Shown one piece after another: positions 20,176 through 30,049 of a DNA stretch of 60,206 bases. Position numbers and translations under genes: made by a program. Position 1 is the first letter of the stretch, and each line of letters starts with the position of its first letter. Below the pieces are notes generated by a model, which made no database searches, was not told the DNA's origin, and saw nothing but the letters and a program-made list of their open reading frames with translations. The stretch lies in the sequence record SRR20825010_118; one strand, 5' to 3'.

Positions 20176-21684
20176 ATGAAGAAAAAATCGCCTTTTATTA
20201 AAATTATCACCTCTGTTTTGCTCCTAGGAATAGGTGTATTAATTGGAAAATCTTTCTTTGGACCAAAAAATGTGGAGACTGTTCCCATACCATCCACCAT
20301 AAAATATAGAAATGCAGGGCTTAGTAACGACACTACACAAGTAGCTTCCGCTCAAGAATTTACTGGAAGGATCATTGAAGTCAAAAAAGGCTCATCCATT
20401 CAAAATGCCGTAAAAGAGGCTAGTCCGGGAGATCTAATTCGTGTTTACCCTGGAACGTATTCAGAGAACGTATATATTGACAAGGACAATATTAGCATGC
20501 AGGGAGTGGTAATCAACGGAGAATGGCCAACCTTGGACGGCAAAAAGGAAATAAACGATGCCTTCCTATATTCGGGAAATGGAATTCTAATTGAGAATTT
20601 TAAAATAATAAACTACAAAGGCAATGGCATAATGGGCCAAGCCGGTAACAATTTTATAATACGTAACAACTGGATTATAGATACCGGTGTATATGGCATA
20701 TTTCCACAGTATGGCAAAAACGGATTGGTGGAGCATAATGTACTAAGTAAAATTGCGGATGCCGCCATATATATTGGAATGTGCGATAATGTTGACGTTT
20801 TACATAACGAGGTATTCGACAACGTTGCGGGTATTGAAATTGAAAATTCCAGGCACTGTTTGGTAGAAAACAATTATGCGCACAACAATACAGGGGGACT
20901 ACTTGCCTTTGTAACACCGGGATTGCCTATTAAAACAACCTTTGATGTAATCTTGCGCAACAATTTTGTGGTAAACAACAACCATGAAAACTTTGGTGCC
21001 CCTGGATCAACGGTTTCCGGAATTCCGCCGGGCACGGGTATTTTAATCATGGCCGCCGATGATGTAATTGTGGAGAACAATATCATAACTGGTAATAACA
21101 ATACAGGAATTACCATTGTAGACCTTGCTACGGGCGACCCTAAAGCCAATGACCCCAATTCTGAAGGAAATCCGGACAGGGTGGTTATCCTAGACAATAT
21201 CATGTTCGACAATGGGAATGCCCCAACAGGTGAATTAAAGGCTGTAATGCTTACCCAAATGGAAACCAAAGGGCCTGATATTTTTGCATATGGAGGTGGA
21301 ATCGGAAGTACTATCAGGGACAAGAACAGGTATAGGACCTTTGGTTTGGATAATTACGGAATGGCACAAATAACCGATACCAAAGATATACCAACCATGA
21401 TGACCCCAACACCAGTGCCACCAAGATCGGTTTCCGCTGAAGAATTGGGCGAGCTTACCTATTACGGCGTCTGCGCCGGTTGTCATGCCTTTGGTACTAG
21501 ATTGATAGGTCCACCAACAGAAATCCTTCAGGCAATTCACCAGAATAACCCCCAGGGTATAGTAGACTATATCACTGCTCCCAAGAACCTGAGGGAAGAT
21601 TATCCAGAAATGCCGCCCCAAGATTATTTATCGGAGGAAGCCAAAATGGCCGTAGCCGAATATATCCTGGCATTGAAGCATTGA
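20176..21684 (+). CDS. Parallel beta-helix protein fused to a C-terminal monoheme cytochrome c
   Basis: Asn/Gly-rich beta-helix repeats (YGIFP, DAAIYIG, NVAGIEIENS, NNTGGLL). C-terminal CAGCH...GP...MPPQ class I cytochrome c. N-terminal anchor. Confidence 0.85.
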   Translation: MKKKSPFIKIITSVLLLGIGVLIGKSFFGPKNVETVPIPSTIKYRNAGLSNDTTQVASAQEFTGRIIEVKKGSSIQNAVKEASPGDLIRVYPGTYSENVYIDKDNISMQGVVINGEWPTLDGKKEINDAFLYSGNGILIENFKIINYKGNGIMGQAGNNFIIRNNWIIDTGVYGIFPQYGKNGLVEHNVLSKIADAAIYIGMCDNVDVLHNEVFDNVAGIEIENSRHCLVENNYAHNNTGGLLAFVTPGLPIKTTFDVILRNNFVVNNNHENFGAPGSTVSGIPPGTGILIMAADDVIVENNIITGNNNTGITIVDLATGDPKANDPNSEGNPDRVVILDNIMFDNGNAPTGELKAVMLTQMETKGPDIFAYGGGIGSTIRDKNRYRTFGLDNYGMAQITDTKDIPTMMTPTPVPPRSVSAEELGELTYYGVCAGCHAFGTRLIGPPTEILQAIHQNNPQGIVDYITAPKNLREDYPEMPPQDYLSEEAKMAVAEYILALKH

Positions 21685-21836
21685 ACCAAGGACAGCCGCT
21701 CCATGAAAACAAGGCCATTTTTGAATAAATATGAAATCATTCCTACTTTAAAGTTCGAAGTCAATACAAATTAAAGGGATTGCCATGGTTTGAATATTAA
21801 TTTTCATTTTGAAGTGATTTAAAACAAAATTTTATA

Positions 21837-21871
21837 ATATCCCCAAATGGATAAGTTTGGGGATGTTTTTT
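21837..21871 (+). terminator. Intrinsic terminator-like hairpin just upstream of ALDH
   Basis: ATATCCCCAAA-N8-TTTGGGGATGT followed by a T-run. Confidence 0.65.
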
Positions 21872-21887
21872 ATATTAATTTAATGCC

Positions 21888-23252
21888 ATGAACGTATTAG
21901 GAAAACAGCGCGATTTTTTTATAAGGCAAAAGACCAAGGATGTTTCTTTCCGAAAAGAGGCCTTAAAGCGGTTGCAAAAAGAAATAATTGCGCGTGAGGA
22001 TGATATTGCAGAGGCCATTTACAAAGATTTCAAAAAACCCAAGTTTGAGACCTTGGCAGCGGAAACGCAATTTGTTTTGGCGGAATTAAAATTGACGTTA
22101 AAAAATATTGACCATTGGGCCGCCCCTGAGAGAAAATCTGCCTCCTTAATGAATTGGCCCTCTTCGGATTGGATATATAGGGAACCCTATGGTGCAGTAC
22201 TAATTATTGCACCATGGAACTATCCCTTTCAATTGGCATTTGCACCTATGATCGCAGCTGTGGCAGCGGGAAATACAGTTGTAGTAAAACCCTCCGAAGT
22301 AACACCCCATACGGCATCGATCATCTCGGAAATTGTCAGCGCGGTTTTTGTAACGGAACATGTTACCGTTGTGGAAGGCGGTGTGGAAGTTTCCCAAGAA
22401 CTTTTGGCGGAAAAATGGGATTACATTTTTTTTACCGGTAGTAGCCGTGTTGGGCAAATAGTGTATGAATCTGCCGCAAAGCACCTAACGCCCGTAACCT
22501 TGGAACTGGGAGGTAAAAATCCCACCATAGTAGATGAAACTGCCTCTATTAAGCTCGCCGCCAAACGAATTGTTTGGGGCAAATTTTTAAACGCCGGTCA
22601 AACATGCATTGCTACGGATTATATACTTGTTCATAAAAATTTGAAGGGCAAACTTGTGGACGCTCTAAAACAAAATATTAGTAAGTGCTACGGAGAAAAT
22701 ATTGAACAGTCTCCAGATTTTTCGAGAACGGTAAGCAAAAGTCATTATGATAGTTTAAAAGAAATGCTTGTTGGCGAAGAAATACTTTTTGGCGGCGATA
22801 GCAATGATGAAGATAATTATCTGGCCCCTACCCTGATCAATGAGCCGAACTTGGATAGTAAATTGATGCATGGCGAAATTTTCGGACCTATTCTCCCCAT
22901 TATTGCCTATGAAAATGAAGATGATATAGAGAGGCATTTAACCAATTATGGAAAACCTTTGGCTACTTATATATTCTCAAACCGAAAATCCTTCCAAAAA
23001 AAAATAATCAATAGGTATAGTTTCGGTGGGGGAGCAATTAACGACACTGTAATTCAAATCACCAATAAAAATCTCCCATTCGGGGGAGTTGGCGCAAGTG
23101 GAATAGGGGCCTATCACGGCAAACGATCGTTTGACCTTTTTTCACATCAAAAAGCAATAGTCAAAAAAGCGAATTGGTTGGATGCACCACTTAGATATCC
23201 ACCTTACGACCTACCCATGAAGTTGGTTAAGAAAATAAAATATCTGTTTTAA
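21888..23252 (+). CDS. Aldehyde dehydrogenase (ALDH3/coniferyl-aldehyde-type)
   Basis: IAPWNYP, KPSE, FTGS, LELGGK, NAGQTC (catalytic Cys), EIFGP and PFGGVG motifs. Confidence 0.93.
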   Translation: MNVLGKQRDFFIRQKTKDVSFRKEALKRLQKEIIAREDDIAEAIYKDFKKPKFETLAAETQFVLAELKLTLKNIDHWAAPERKSASLMNWPSSDWIYREPYGAVLIIAPWNYPFQLAFAPMIAAVAAGNTVVVKPSEVTPHTASIISEIVSAVFVTEHVTVVEGGVEVSQELLAEKWDYIFFTGSSRVGQIVYESAAKHLTPVTLELGGKNPTIVDETASIKLAAKRIVWGKFLNAGQTCIATDYILVHKNLKGKLVDALKQNISKCYGENIEQSPDFSRTVSKSHYDSLKEMLVGEEILFGGDSNDEDNYLAPTLINEPNLDSKLMHGEIFGPILPIIAYENEDDIERHLTNYGKPLATYIFSNRKSFQKKIINRYSFGGGAINDTVIQITNKNLPFGGVGASGIGAYHGKRSFDLFSHQKAIVKKANWLDAPLRYPPYDLPMKLVKKIKYLF

Positions 23253-23743
23253 GTATTTAGCAGGCAAACCGTTGAGGCAAGGCCTTTGCAGTTCGTTTGC
23301 GACAAGATCGTGTAGTTCGTCTACACTAGAGATTCTTGGGTTCTGTGTTTGGTCTTTGTAACCTTACTTTACAGTATATGACGGGACATATTTTTAACAA
23401 TCTATTAACGATTATTATTTATACCTTCGAATTGGCAAACAGATAAACTAGAGTTTTGGCCAGTGCCTTTACTCTTTTAATCCCATGCCGGTATATAATT
23501 CTGTTTTCTCCTATGCATATAGCATCTATATAATATTTCATTTAGTAAGTGCCATCCGGCCTTATAGAAATAAAAATGGGCAACTGCACCATTCAAAAGT
23601 CTTAATTCCTCCAATAGTCAATTCAGCGAGGATATAAAATCTTATAAACAAAAGAATAATTTGCAATAATTAATTCCCTGACCCCACTCAGGCCAAACTG
23701 AAAATGTTATGAGAACAAACAATAGATTTTCAAAAGTTCTATC

Positions 23744-25009
23744 ATGCTAATTACAACCCTTTTCTTTATTGCCGGCTATATGATCATAGCCCTGGAGCAT
23801 GTTGTTAAAATTGATAAGGCGGCGACTGCCCTGTTTATAGGAGTAGTATTATGGGTCATTGTTGCCCATACGGGAGTGGATTTTTCAGAAACCATAATAA
23901 GTCTTAAGGATCATTTTGAAGAAATCGCCGAAATTCTCTTCTTTCTTCTTGGAGCAATGACTATAGTTGAATTAATAGACATCCACAACGGTTTTGAAAT
24001 TATCCTTAGAGTCATAAAGACCCGAAGCATGTTAGTGCTACTATGGGTACTTTGTTTACTCACCTTTATCCTTTCTGCTGTATTGGACAACCTCACCACT
24101 ACCATAGTAATGATGGCCATTTTAAGAAAATTTTTGACCAGCAAGTCGGATCTCTGGTATTTTGCTGGGTTTATCATCATTGCAGCCAATGCAGGTGGGG
24201 CTTGGTCTCCCATTGGCGATGTCACCACAATTATGCTTTGGAATGGCGGTCAAGTTTCTACAAACTCGATAATTACCGAGGTATTTCTACCTAGTTTAGC
24301 CTGTTTATTGGTTCCTTTACTAATTGCCTCTTATAGTTTTAAGGGTAAAACTATTGAGGCAGAGCTGCCCTCTACCCCTAAGATTCAACAGATAAGTCCC
24401 AGAGAAAGTAATTTTATACTTCTTTTGGGAGTAGGCCTACTTTTGATGGTACCCGTTTTTAAAGCCATTACGCATTTACCTCCTTTTTTGGGTATGCTAT
24501 TCAGCTTATGTGTTTTGTGGCTAATCACGGAAATACTGCATAAAAATAAGCCTATTGAACTAAAGCACCATTTATCCGTTGCTACTACGGTTCAAAGAAT
24601 TGATACCCCAAGTATTCTTTTCTTTTTGGGTATCCTCTTGGCGGTCGCTGCCATTGAAACCAATGGCTCCCTGGAGTTTATGGGAGGTGCCTTGGAAACC
24701 ACCTTTCATGATTTTCATATTACCAATACCTTATTGGGGCTTTTATCCTCCTTAATAGACAACGTACCATTGGTGGCAGGTGCCATGGGCATGTACTCCA
24801 TGGAGACCTTTCCCCAAGATCATGAATTCTGGACATTTTTGGCCTATTGTGCGGGTACGGGCGGTAGTGTACTTATTATTGGATCTGCCGCTGGGGTAGC
24901 TGCCATGGGCATTTTGAAAATAGATTTTTTATGGTACTTACGCCGTATAGCCTGGTTGGCCATAATCGGTTACTTTTCAGGTATCCTGGTATTTATTTTA
25001 ATTAATTAA
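23744..25009 (+). CDS. nhaD: Na+/H+ antiporter NhaD
   Basis: Polytopic membrane protein with LSAVLDNLTTTIVM, AANAGGAWSPIGDVTT, DNVPLVAG and GTGGSVLIIGSAAG motifs. Confidence 0.9.
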   Translation: MLITTLFFIAGYMIIALEHVVKIDKAATALFIGVVLWVIVAHTGVDFSETIISLKDHFEEIAEILFFLLGAMTIVELIDIHNGFEIILRVIKTRSMLVLLWVLCLLTFILSAVLDNLTTTIVMMAILRKFLTSKSDLWYFAGFIIIAANAGGAWSPIGDVTTIMLWNGGQVSTNSIITEVFLPSLACLLVPLLIASYSFKGKTIEAELPSTPKIQQISPRESNFILLLGVGLLLMVPVFKAITHLPPFLGMLFSLCVLWLITEILHKNKPIELKHHLSVATTVQRIDTPSILFFLGILLAVAAIETNGSLEFMGGALETTFHDFHITNTLLGLLSSLIDNVPLVAGAMGMYSMETFPQDHEFWTFLAYCAGTGGSVLIIGSAAGVAAMGILKIDFLWYLRRIAWLAIIGYFSGILVFILIN

Positions 25010-25195
25010 TGATATAGAATGAACCCAATTAAAAATAGTAGGAATTCCAAGAACTTAGAGCATAAAGATTATTGGGGGCCCAACGGATACTGGAGTAGCA
25101 TAATAAGTCATCAATGATGAATTTTCACTCGGGGATATTGCCGATCACTGAAATACTGTTGCATTAAAATATAGCAATGCTTTTTACAAAAAATT

Positions 25196-25225
25196 AACCC
25201 TGCCCAAAAGAAAGCAGGGTTTTTT
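25196..25225. terminator. Terminator between convergent nhaD and the small ORF
   Basis: AACCCTGC-N10-GCAGGGTT with a T-run after it and an A-run before it. Confidence 0.7.
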
Positions 25226-25250
25226 ATTACCACACTGTATTTTTGAGGGG

Positions 25251-25457
25251 TTAACCCGCCAAATCCAGCATTTTACCATTTTTTAATTCTCCAAGTACGG
25301 TTACGTCCTTGCTCTTTTTATATTCTTCCAGGGCAAGAAGCATTTGCTCCTCTGTGTCCCTTCTAATTTTTATACCCCCAGTTTTCTGGTTTCTATTTCG
25401 AACTTCTATATAATATCCGTCCTTAAGTTCCGTTGGTTTTGTCGCCGGCCTTCCCAT
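25251..25457 (-). CDS. Small basic hypothetical protein (68 aa)
   Basis: Isolated ORF in an intergenic gap with AT-rich upstream, protein-like composition (MGRPATKPTELKDGYYIEVRN...) and a downstream terminator. Confidence 0.75.
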   Translation of the reverse strand: MGRPATKPTELKDGYYIEVRNRNQKTGGIKIRRDTEEQMLLALEEYKKSKDVTVLGELKNGKMLDLAG

Positions 25458-25778
25458 ATTTAATAACTAGTTTTTACTGTTCAACTATTAATTCAAAGTG
25501 TACTAAATTTCCTTAGTCGCATAAACATATGAAAACTTAACACATTAATCGGGAATAATATGGCTAATTAATGATTAAACCTAAAAAACAACGATTTTTA
25601 ACATAAACTTAGCAGAAAAGAACTTTTTCCCAGCAAAAATTTAAATCGGATTCTAAACGTCATATCGGCTTTTGGAACTAAAAATAAATAGATTTGAACT
25701 AGAGATAGCCACCTTTTAATTACTGTAATAAAAATACCCAAAGGTCCTATCAAAAATAACCTTAAGGCATAAAAATAT

Positions 25779-25817
25779 AAAAAGGCCGGTATGAGGAACA
25801 TCCTTCAACCGGCCTTT
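25779..25817 (-). terminator. Terminator of the leftward sugar-catabolism operon
   Basis: AAAGGCCGGT...ACCGGCCTTT stem. The A-run gives a U-tract on the minus strand, about 30 nt past the stop at 25850. Confidence 0.75.
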
Positions 25818-25849
25818 GAACCAAATATTTATATTAAACTTTTACCGAA

Positions 25850-28800
25850 TTACTTGCTACCGTGCGGGTGCTCTTTTAATAATTCTTCCGGCGAATAAAA
25901 TCCTTGCTTATCCTTGATCTGCTCACGTACCTCTTTCACTTTCTCCGGTGAAATTGGGGTGGCCTTATTGCCAAAGGTATTTCTAATATAAGTCAATACA
26001 GCTGCAGTTTCATCTGCAGTAAGTAAATTTCCAAAAGGGGTCATAGGCACCTGACCTGGATAGGTCTTACCATTGACCACAATTGGCCCCATGAGACCAT
26101 TGGTGGTCAACTTTATAAGTCTATCCACATTACCGGTTACCCATTCCGATCCTGCAAGTGGTGGAAAGCCTGAGGCCTCCAGCCCTTGACCATCGGCCTG
26201 GTGACAGGTGGCACAATAGCCATCCCTCATGTATATTTCCCTACCTGCAACCAAAAGTTCCAAATCCTTGCCTTTTAGGTCGGTCTTTATCACCTCTTTG
26301 GGTTCTTCACCTGCCTTGTGTCCGTTTAAATGGGCAATAGCTGATTCATATGGCTTTTCCATCCATTTATCCAAGCCTTTTTTACCAGCTTCGGTGATAA
26401 TTGGAATTCCAGTGTCCCTGCCTAACCATGAAGCTGCAACCAAGGCTTCCAACCTTACCCTTGGATTGTCATCTTTGGCAGCCTGCATAAGAAGTTCGGC
26501 CTGATCTGGTATCTGATGTCCAGCATAACGTAGAACACCTACTGCAGCTGCACGAGCTTTGAAATCTTTGGCATTCAGCATTTGTTCAAGTAATTGCCCA
26601 TCAACCTTATTCAAGCCCCATGTAACCCAAAGAGCTTCCAAGACATGGTGTTCGTACCTTGGGTCATTTGTATCCAAGCTTGACACCCATGTTTTTAATT
26701 TTGACAAAACTTCGGAGGCATCCCTGGCCCTCAATTCCCTTTTGGTCCTGTAGCGGGTACGATATTCCGGAAGTTTAAGATTATCCAATAATTCATCAAT
26801 GCTGGCATCAACAATTTTGGCCGGTACCACCAAGGGTCTGGATGGATAGGTAATACGATATATTCTTCCATGAACATGATCACGTAGTGGGTCGCGCGCA
26901 TTGTGCTGCATATGGCCTATAAGTACATTGTGCCAATCTATGAAGTACAGGGAGCCATCCGGAGCAAATTCCATATCAACAGGTCTAAAATTCTTATCGC
27001 TTGCAGATATTAAATCCTCTTGATGTTTACTCACATAACCAGCCGTTTTGGGGTCATCTACCATGGAATGCTCTTTGATCCCCAAAAATCCAATTGTATT
27101 GGCAATCAACATATTGCCCTGTGCCGCGTCAGGAAAATGCCTACTCGACACAAATTCCAATCCTGAAGTGGGCCTCACCAAGTGGTCCTTTTCAATAAGG
27201 TTTTCAGGCAAGGGAGAACTTACACCATACCTAGGTACAATGGTTCCCGGCATCATCCAAGTAGCAGACGGTCCTGAGGTATGTTCAAAAAATGGTTGTC
27301 CCCAATCATCGAAAGCAATACCCCATGGATTAGGAATGGGCAGTTGTGCCGTACGCTCCAGATGATGTCTTTGTGGGCTGTACCTATAAAAACCACCATT
27401 GGTTCCTCTAACATTTCCATAAGCGGTTTCCACATTTGTATGCAGGAACACCCCTTCTCCCATATATATAGCCCCAGATGGATCGGTTGTAAAGGCGCTA
27501 ATGGCATGGTGCGTATCATGATCATCAAAACCACTTAAAATGATATCCTTTGTATCGGCCTTGTCGTCCCCGTCGGTATCCTTTAACAAAACCAAGTTGG
27601 TCCCTTGGGAAACGTATACGCCTTCTGGCGCAAATTCAAACCCTATAGTGAGATGAAGTCCGTCCGCAAAAACAGTTTGCTTATCTGCCTTGCCATCATT
27701 ATCGGTATCCTCAAATATCAATAACTTATCATTGGGTTTACTGTCACCAGGTTTGTAATGTGGGTAACTGGGCATTACCCCTACCCATAGCCTTCCTTTG
27801 TTGTCGAAGGATATTTGTACGGGATTGGCAAGATCTGGAAACTCCACTTCCGAAGCAAAAAGTTCTACCTTGTACCCTGGCGCCGGCTTAATCTTGTCCA
27901 ATGCATCCTGTCCATATAAATATTCAGGGGTTCCATTTTTGTCGCTGGGCTTATAATTGGTCTCAACTTCGGGCAATGTTCTGGTCTTGGCATCGCTTTT
28001 GGCCAAATCCATTTTTTTACCCTCAAGAGCCTGCCAAATGGCTGTATCCCTAATGGCGGTCATCTGCCGTATTTTCTCTATTTCGTAAGGGTAATTGTCA
28101 GGACCATAGGGATCATAACGTCTTCCATAAACATGAACAGTATTGGGAATTTTAAAATCGTTGTGCCAGAACCAGTTTTTCTCATTCACAGCTTCATGCA
28201 CCAATTCACGGTTCTCTTCTGCCTTACTTTCCTTGGTTCCAAAAACTTTATCTGCCAATAGCTTGGCTAATTTCTGATAACCATAATCGGTCAACTGAAA
28301 TCCATCTTGTGTTAAATCTGTACTTTCCGTTTGGTACCATTCCTTGGTTTGTTCATATGCATCTACAAGTAAGACTCCTTCTTCAGCCGCAACCTCCTTC
28401 ATGGCAGCCGTATACAGCTCAAGATTTCCATTTTCCTTTTTTCCATCAGGCAGATCCATCTTATCAGAAAGGTCTTCAAAGGCTATTGGGGAAACAAGCG
28501 CCAATTGTGGAGGAGTGGAACCATTATATTTTTGACTAAGCGTGTGCTTGATAAAAGCCCGTAATTCCTCTTTGTAATTATCAACCCCGTCTGCTCCTTC
28601 AAAGGATTCTGGATATCCAAAAAATCCGATGATTATATCGGCCTTTAGGCTGGTAATCCACTCATCAGGAGAAGGAAAATGGCCAATAGGGCCAGACCGA
28701 CGTCCGTTTTCATCATCCTCAAAATGGATAGCCTGTCCGGACTCATGCTCAAATTTTTCCGCACCAGGAAACGCCCAAGGCGAATTTCTTGCGGGATGTG

Positions 28801-29059
28801 GCCTAAAACCGGGTGTGTTACCGCCATCGCACATATTACGGATAAACAATGAATCATTGGGGTAGCGAAGTTGCATTTCAGTTTCGAAATGCCCAAAGTT
28901 CATCATACGTGATCCCAAATTATTACCCACCAGAACGATATGGGAATTGGGGGAAATTTTTAAGGTGTTGTCTTCCTCTTTACTACAACTGTAGAATCCA
29001 AGGACTAGGAAAAGCATTAGGAATAACTTTCCGCTAACAACGTTTTTGTTAATATTCAT
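25850..29059 (-). CDS. PVC-type heme-binding membrane dehydrogenase-like lipoprotein (SGNH-like + beta-propeller + HEAT + cytochrome c)
   Basis: Lipobox FYSC. SGNH-like N-terminal domain. Propeller motifs (LANPVQISFD, EDTDNDGKAD, NPWGIAFDDWG, FRPVDMEFAPDGSLY, HGRIYR). HEAT-like repeats. CATCH...MTPF cytochrome c. Confidence 0.85.
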   Translation of the reverse strand: MNINKNVVSGKLFLMLFLVLGFYSCSKEEDNTLKISPNSHIVLVGNNLGSRMMNFGHFETEMQLRYPNDSLFIRNMCDGGNTPGFRPHPARNSPWAFPGAEKFEHESGQAIHFEDDENGRRSGPIGHFPSPDEWITSLKADIIIGFFGYPESFEGADGVDNYKEELRAFIKHTLSQKYNGSTPPQLALVSPIAFEDLSDKMDLPDGKKENGNLELYTAAMKEVAAEEGVLLVDAYEQTKEWYQTESTDLTQDGFQLTDYGYQKLAKLLADKVFGTKESKAEENRELVHEAVNEKNWFWHNDFKIPNTVHVYGRRYDPYGPDNYPYEIEKIRQMTAIRDTAIWQALEGKKMDLAKSDAKTRTLPEVETNYKPSDKNGTPEYLYGQDALDKIKPAPGYKVELFASEVEFPDLANPVQISFDNKGRLWVGVMPSYPHYKPGDSKPNDKLLIFEDTDNDGKADKQTVFADGLHLTIGFEFAPEGVYVSQGTNLVLLKDTDGDDKADTKDIILSGFDDHDTHHAISAFTTDPSGAIYMGEGVFLHTNVETAYGNVRGTNGGFYRYSPQRHHLERTAQLPIPNPWGIAFDDWGQPFFEHTSGPSATWMMPGTIVPRYGVSSPLPENLIEKDHLVRPTSGLEFVSSRHFPDAAQGNMLIANTIGFLGIKEHSMVDDPKTAGYVSKHQEDLISASDKNFRPVDMEFAPDGSLYFIDWHNVLIGHMQHNARDPLRDHVHGRIYRITYPSRPLVVPAKIVDASIDELLDNLKLPEYRTRYRTKRELRARDASEVLSKLKTWVSSLDTNDPRYEHHVLEALWVTWGLNKVDGQLLEQMLNAKDFKARAAAVGVLRYAGHQIPDQAELLMQAAKDDNPRVRLEALVAASWLGRDTGIPIITEAGKKGLDKWMEKPYESAIAHLNGHKAGEEPKEVIKTDLKGKDLELLVAGREIYMRDGYCATCHQADGQGLEASGFPPLAGSEWVTGNVDRLIKLTTNGLMGPIVVNGKTYPGQVPMTPFGNLLTADETAAVLTYIRNTFGNKATPISPEKVKEVREQIKDKQGFYSPEELLKEHPHGSK

Positions 29060-29077
29060 CTTTTTTTTGGTATATAA

Positions 29078-30049
29078 TTAATTGATATTCACGTGTATTC
29101 CTTCCTTTTCGGATTTTTCACAAGCCTCTATAATTCGCTGGCATGTAATGGCATCCTCTAGGCTAGAAAGTGCCTCTTCATTATTCCGAAGTACATTATT
29201 TATAAAATGCGTTGCCGTATTCTTTATGGATTCGGGATAGGCCTGATACGTTTGCGAATGGGCTCCGTTACGATCATTTATTACCCAATCCCTATAGCTG
29301 TATCGCGTACTACCTTTTGTCCCAATAACTTTTATAATACAAGTCCAGGGATCTCCTGCATGGTCATCATTGGCAAAGCTAGCCGATAAATGGCTCAAGG
29401 TACCGTTCTGCATTTTAATATTGGCCATGGCCACATTCTCTTGCGGGGCAATGGTCGTATCTACAGTATGTTTTAAACAAGAAATTGTTTTTGGCTGTCC
29501 GGCCAAATATAGCATAGTATAGCTATGATGGGTCAATATCTGGCGAATGACCCCGGGATAACGGGCCCTGATATCCTCGGCATGATGTATGTTGTACATC
29601 ATATAGAATTGGGAAATATCACCCAATTTGCCGCTCTCGATCATAGACTTTGCTCTTTTTATCCCTGTTTCATAGATATAATTATGGACAGGCATGCATT
29701 TTACACCTGCAGATTTAACAGCTGCCTGCATCAACTCTAATTCGGCAATACTAGAGGCTGCCGGTTTTTCTACCAATATATGTTTTCCTGCCTTGGCCGC
29801 CCTAATGGTATAATCGCAATGGGTTTCCATATTGGTCAATATAAAAACGGCATCGATTTGGGGGTCCTGAAACAATTCATCTTCCGTTTTATAGGTTTTA
29901 CACCCGAAAATTTTTGCTTTTTTTGCCCCCTTCTCAAAAGTTCTGTTCCATAGACCCACAAGTCGGGCACCTGGTAAACTATTTATAGCTTCTGCATGCA
30001 AATTGGCTATATCTCCCGCTCCAATAAATCCTATTCCTATATCTTTCAT
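29078..30049 (-). CDS. Gfo/Idh/MocA family oxidoreductase
   Basis: GFIGAGDIA Rossmann motif and AGKHILVEKP. Confidence 0.88.
   Translation of the reverse strand: MKDIGIGFIGAGDIANLHAEAINSLPGARLVGLWNRTFEKGAKKAKIFGCKTYKTEDELFQDPQIDAVFILTNMETHCDYTIRAAKAGKHILVEKPAASSIAELELMQAAVKSAGVKCMPVHNYIYETGIKRAKSMIESGKLGDISQFYMMYNIHHAEDIRARYPGVIRQILTHHSYTMLYLAGQPKTISCLKHTVDTTIAPQENVAMANIKMQNGTLSHLSASFANDDHAGDPWTCIIKVIGTKGSTRYSYRDWVINDRNGAHSQTYQAYPESIKNTATHFINNVLRNNEEALSSLEDAITCQRIIEACEKSEKEGIHVNIN

Noticed and set aside
23260-23300. GGCAAACC start resembling a c-di-GMP-I riboswitch
   Set aside because: It lacks the GNRA loop and the downstream GACGCAAAGC consensus.
25598-25801. 67-aa hydrophobic ORF on the minus strand
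   Set aside because: It starts inside the terminator hairpin, and its F/L/I richness follows from A-rich intergenic DNA.
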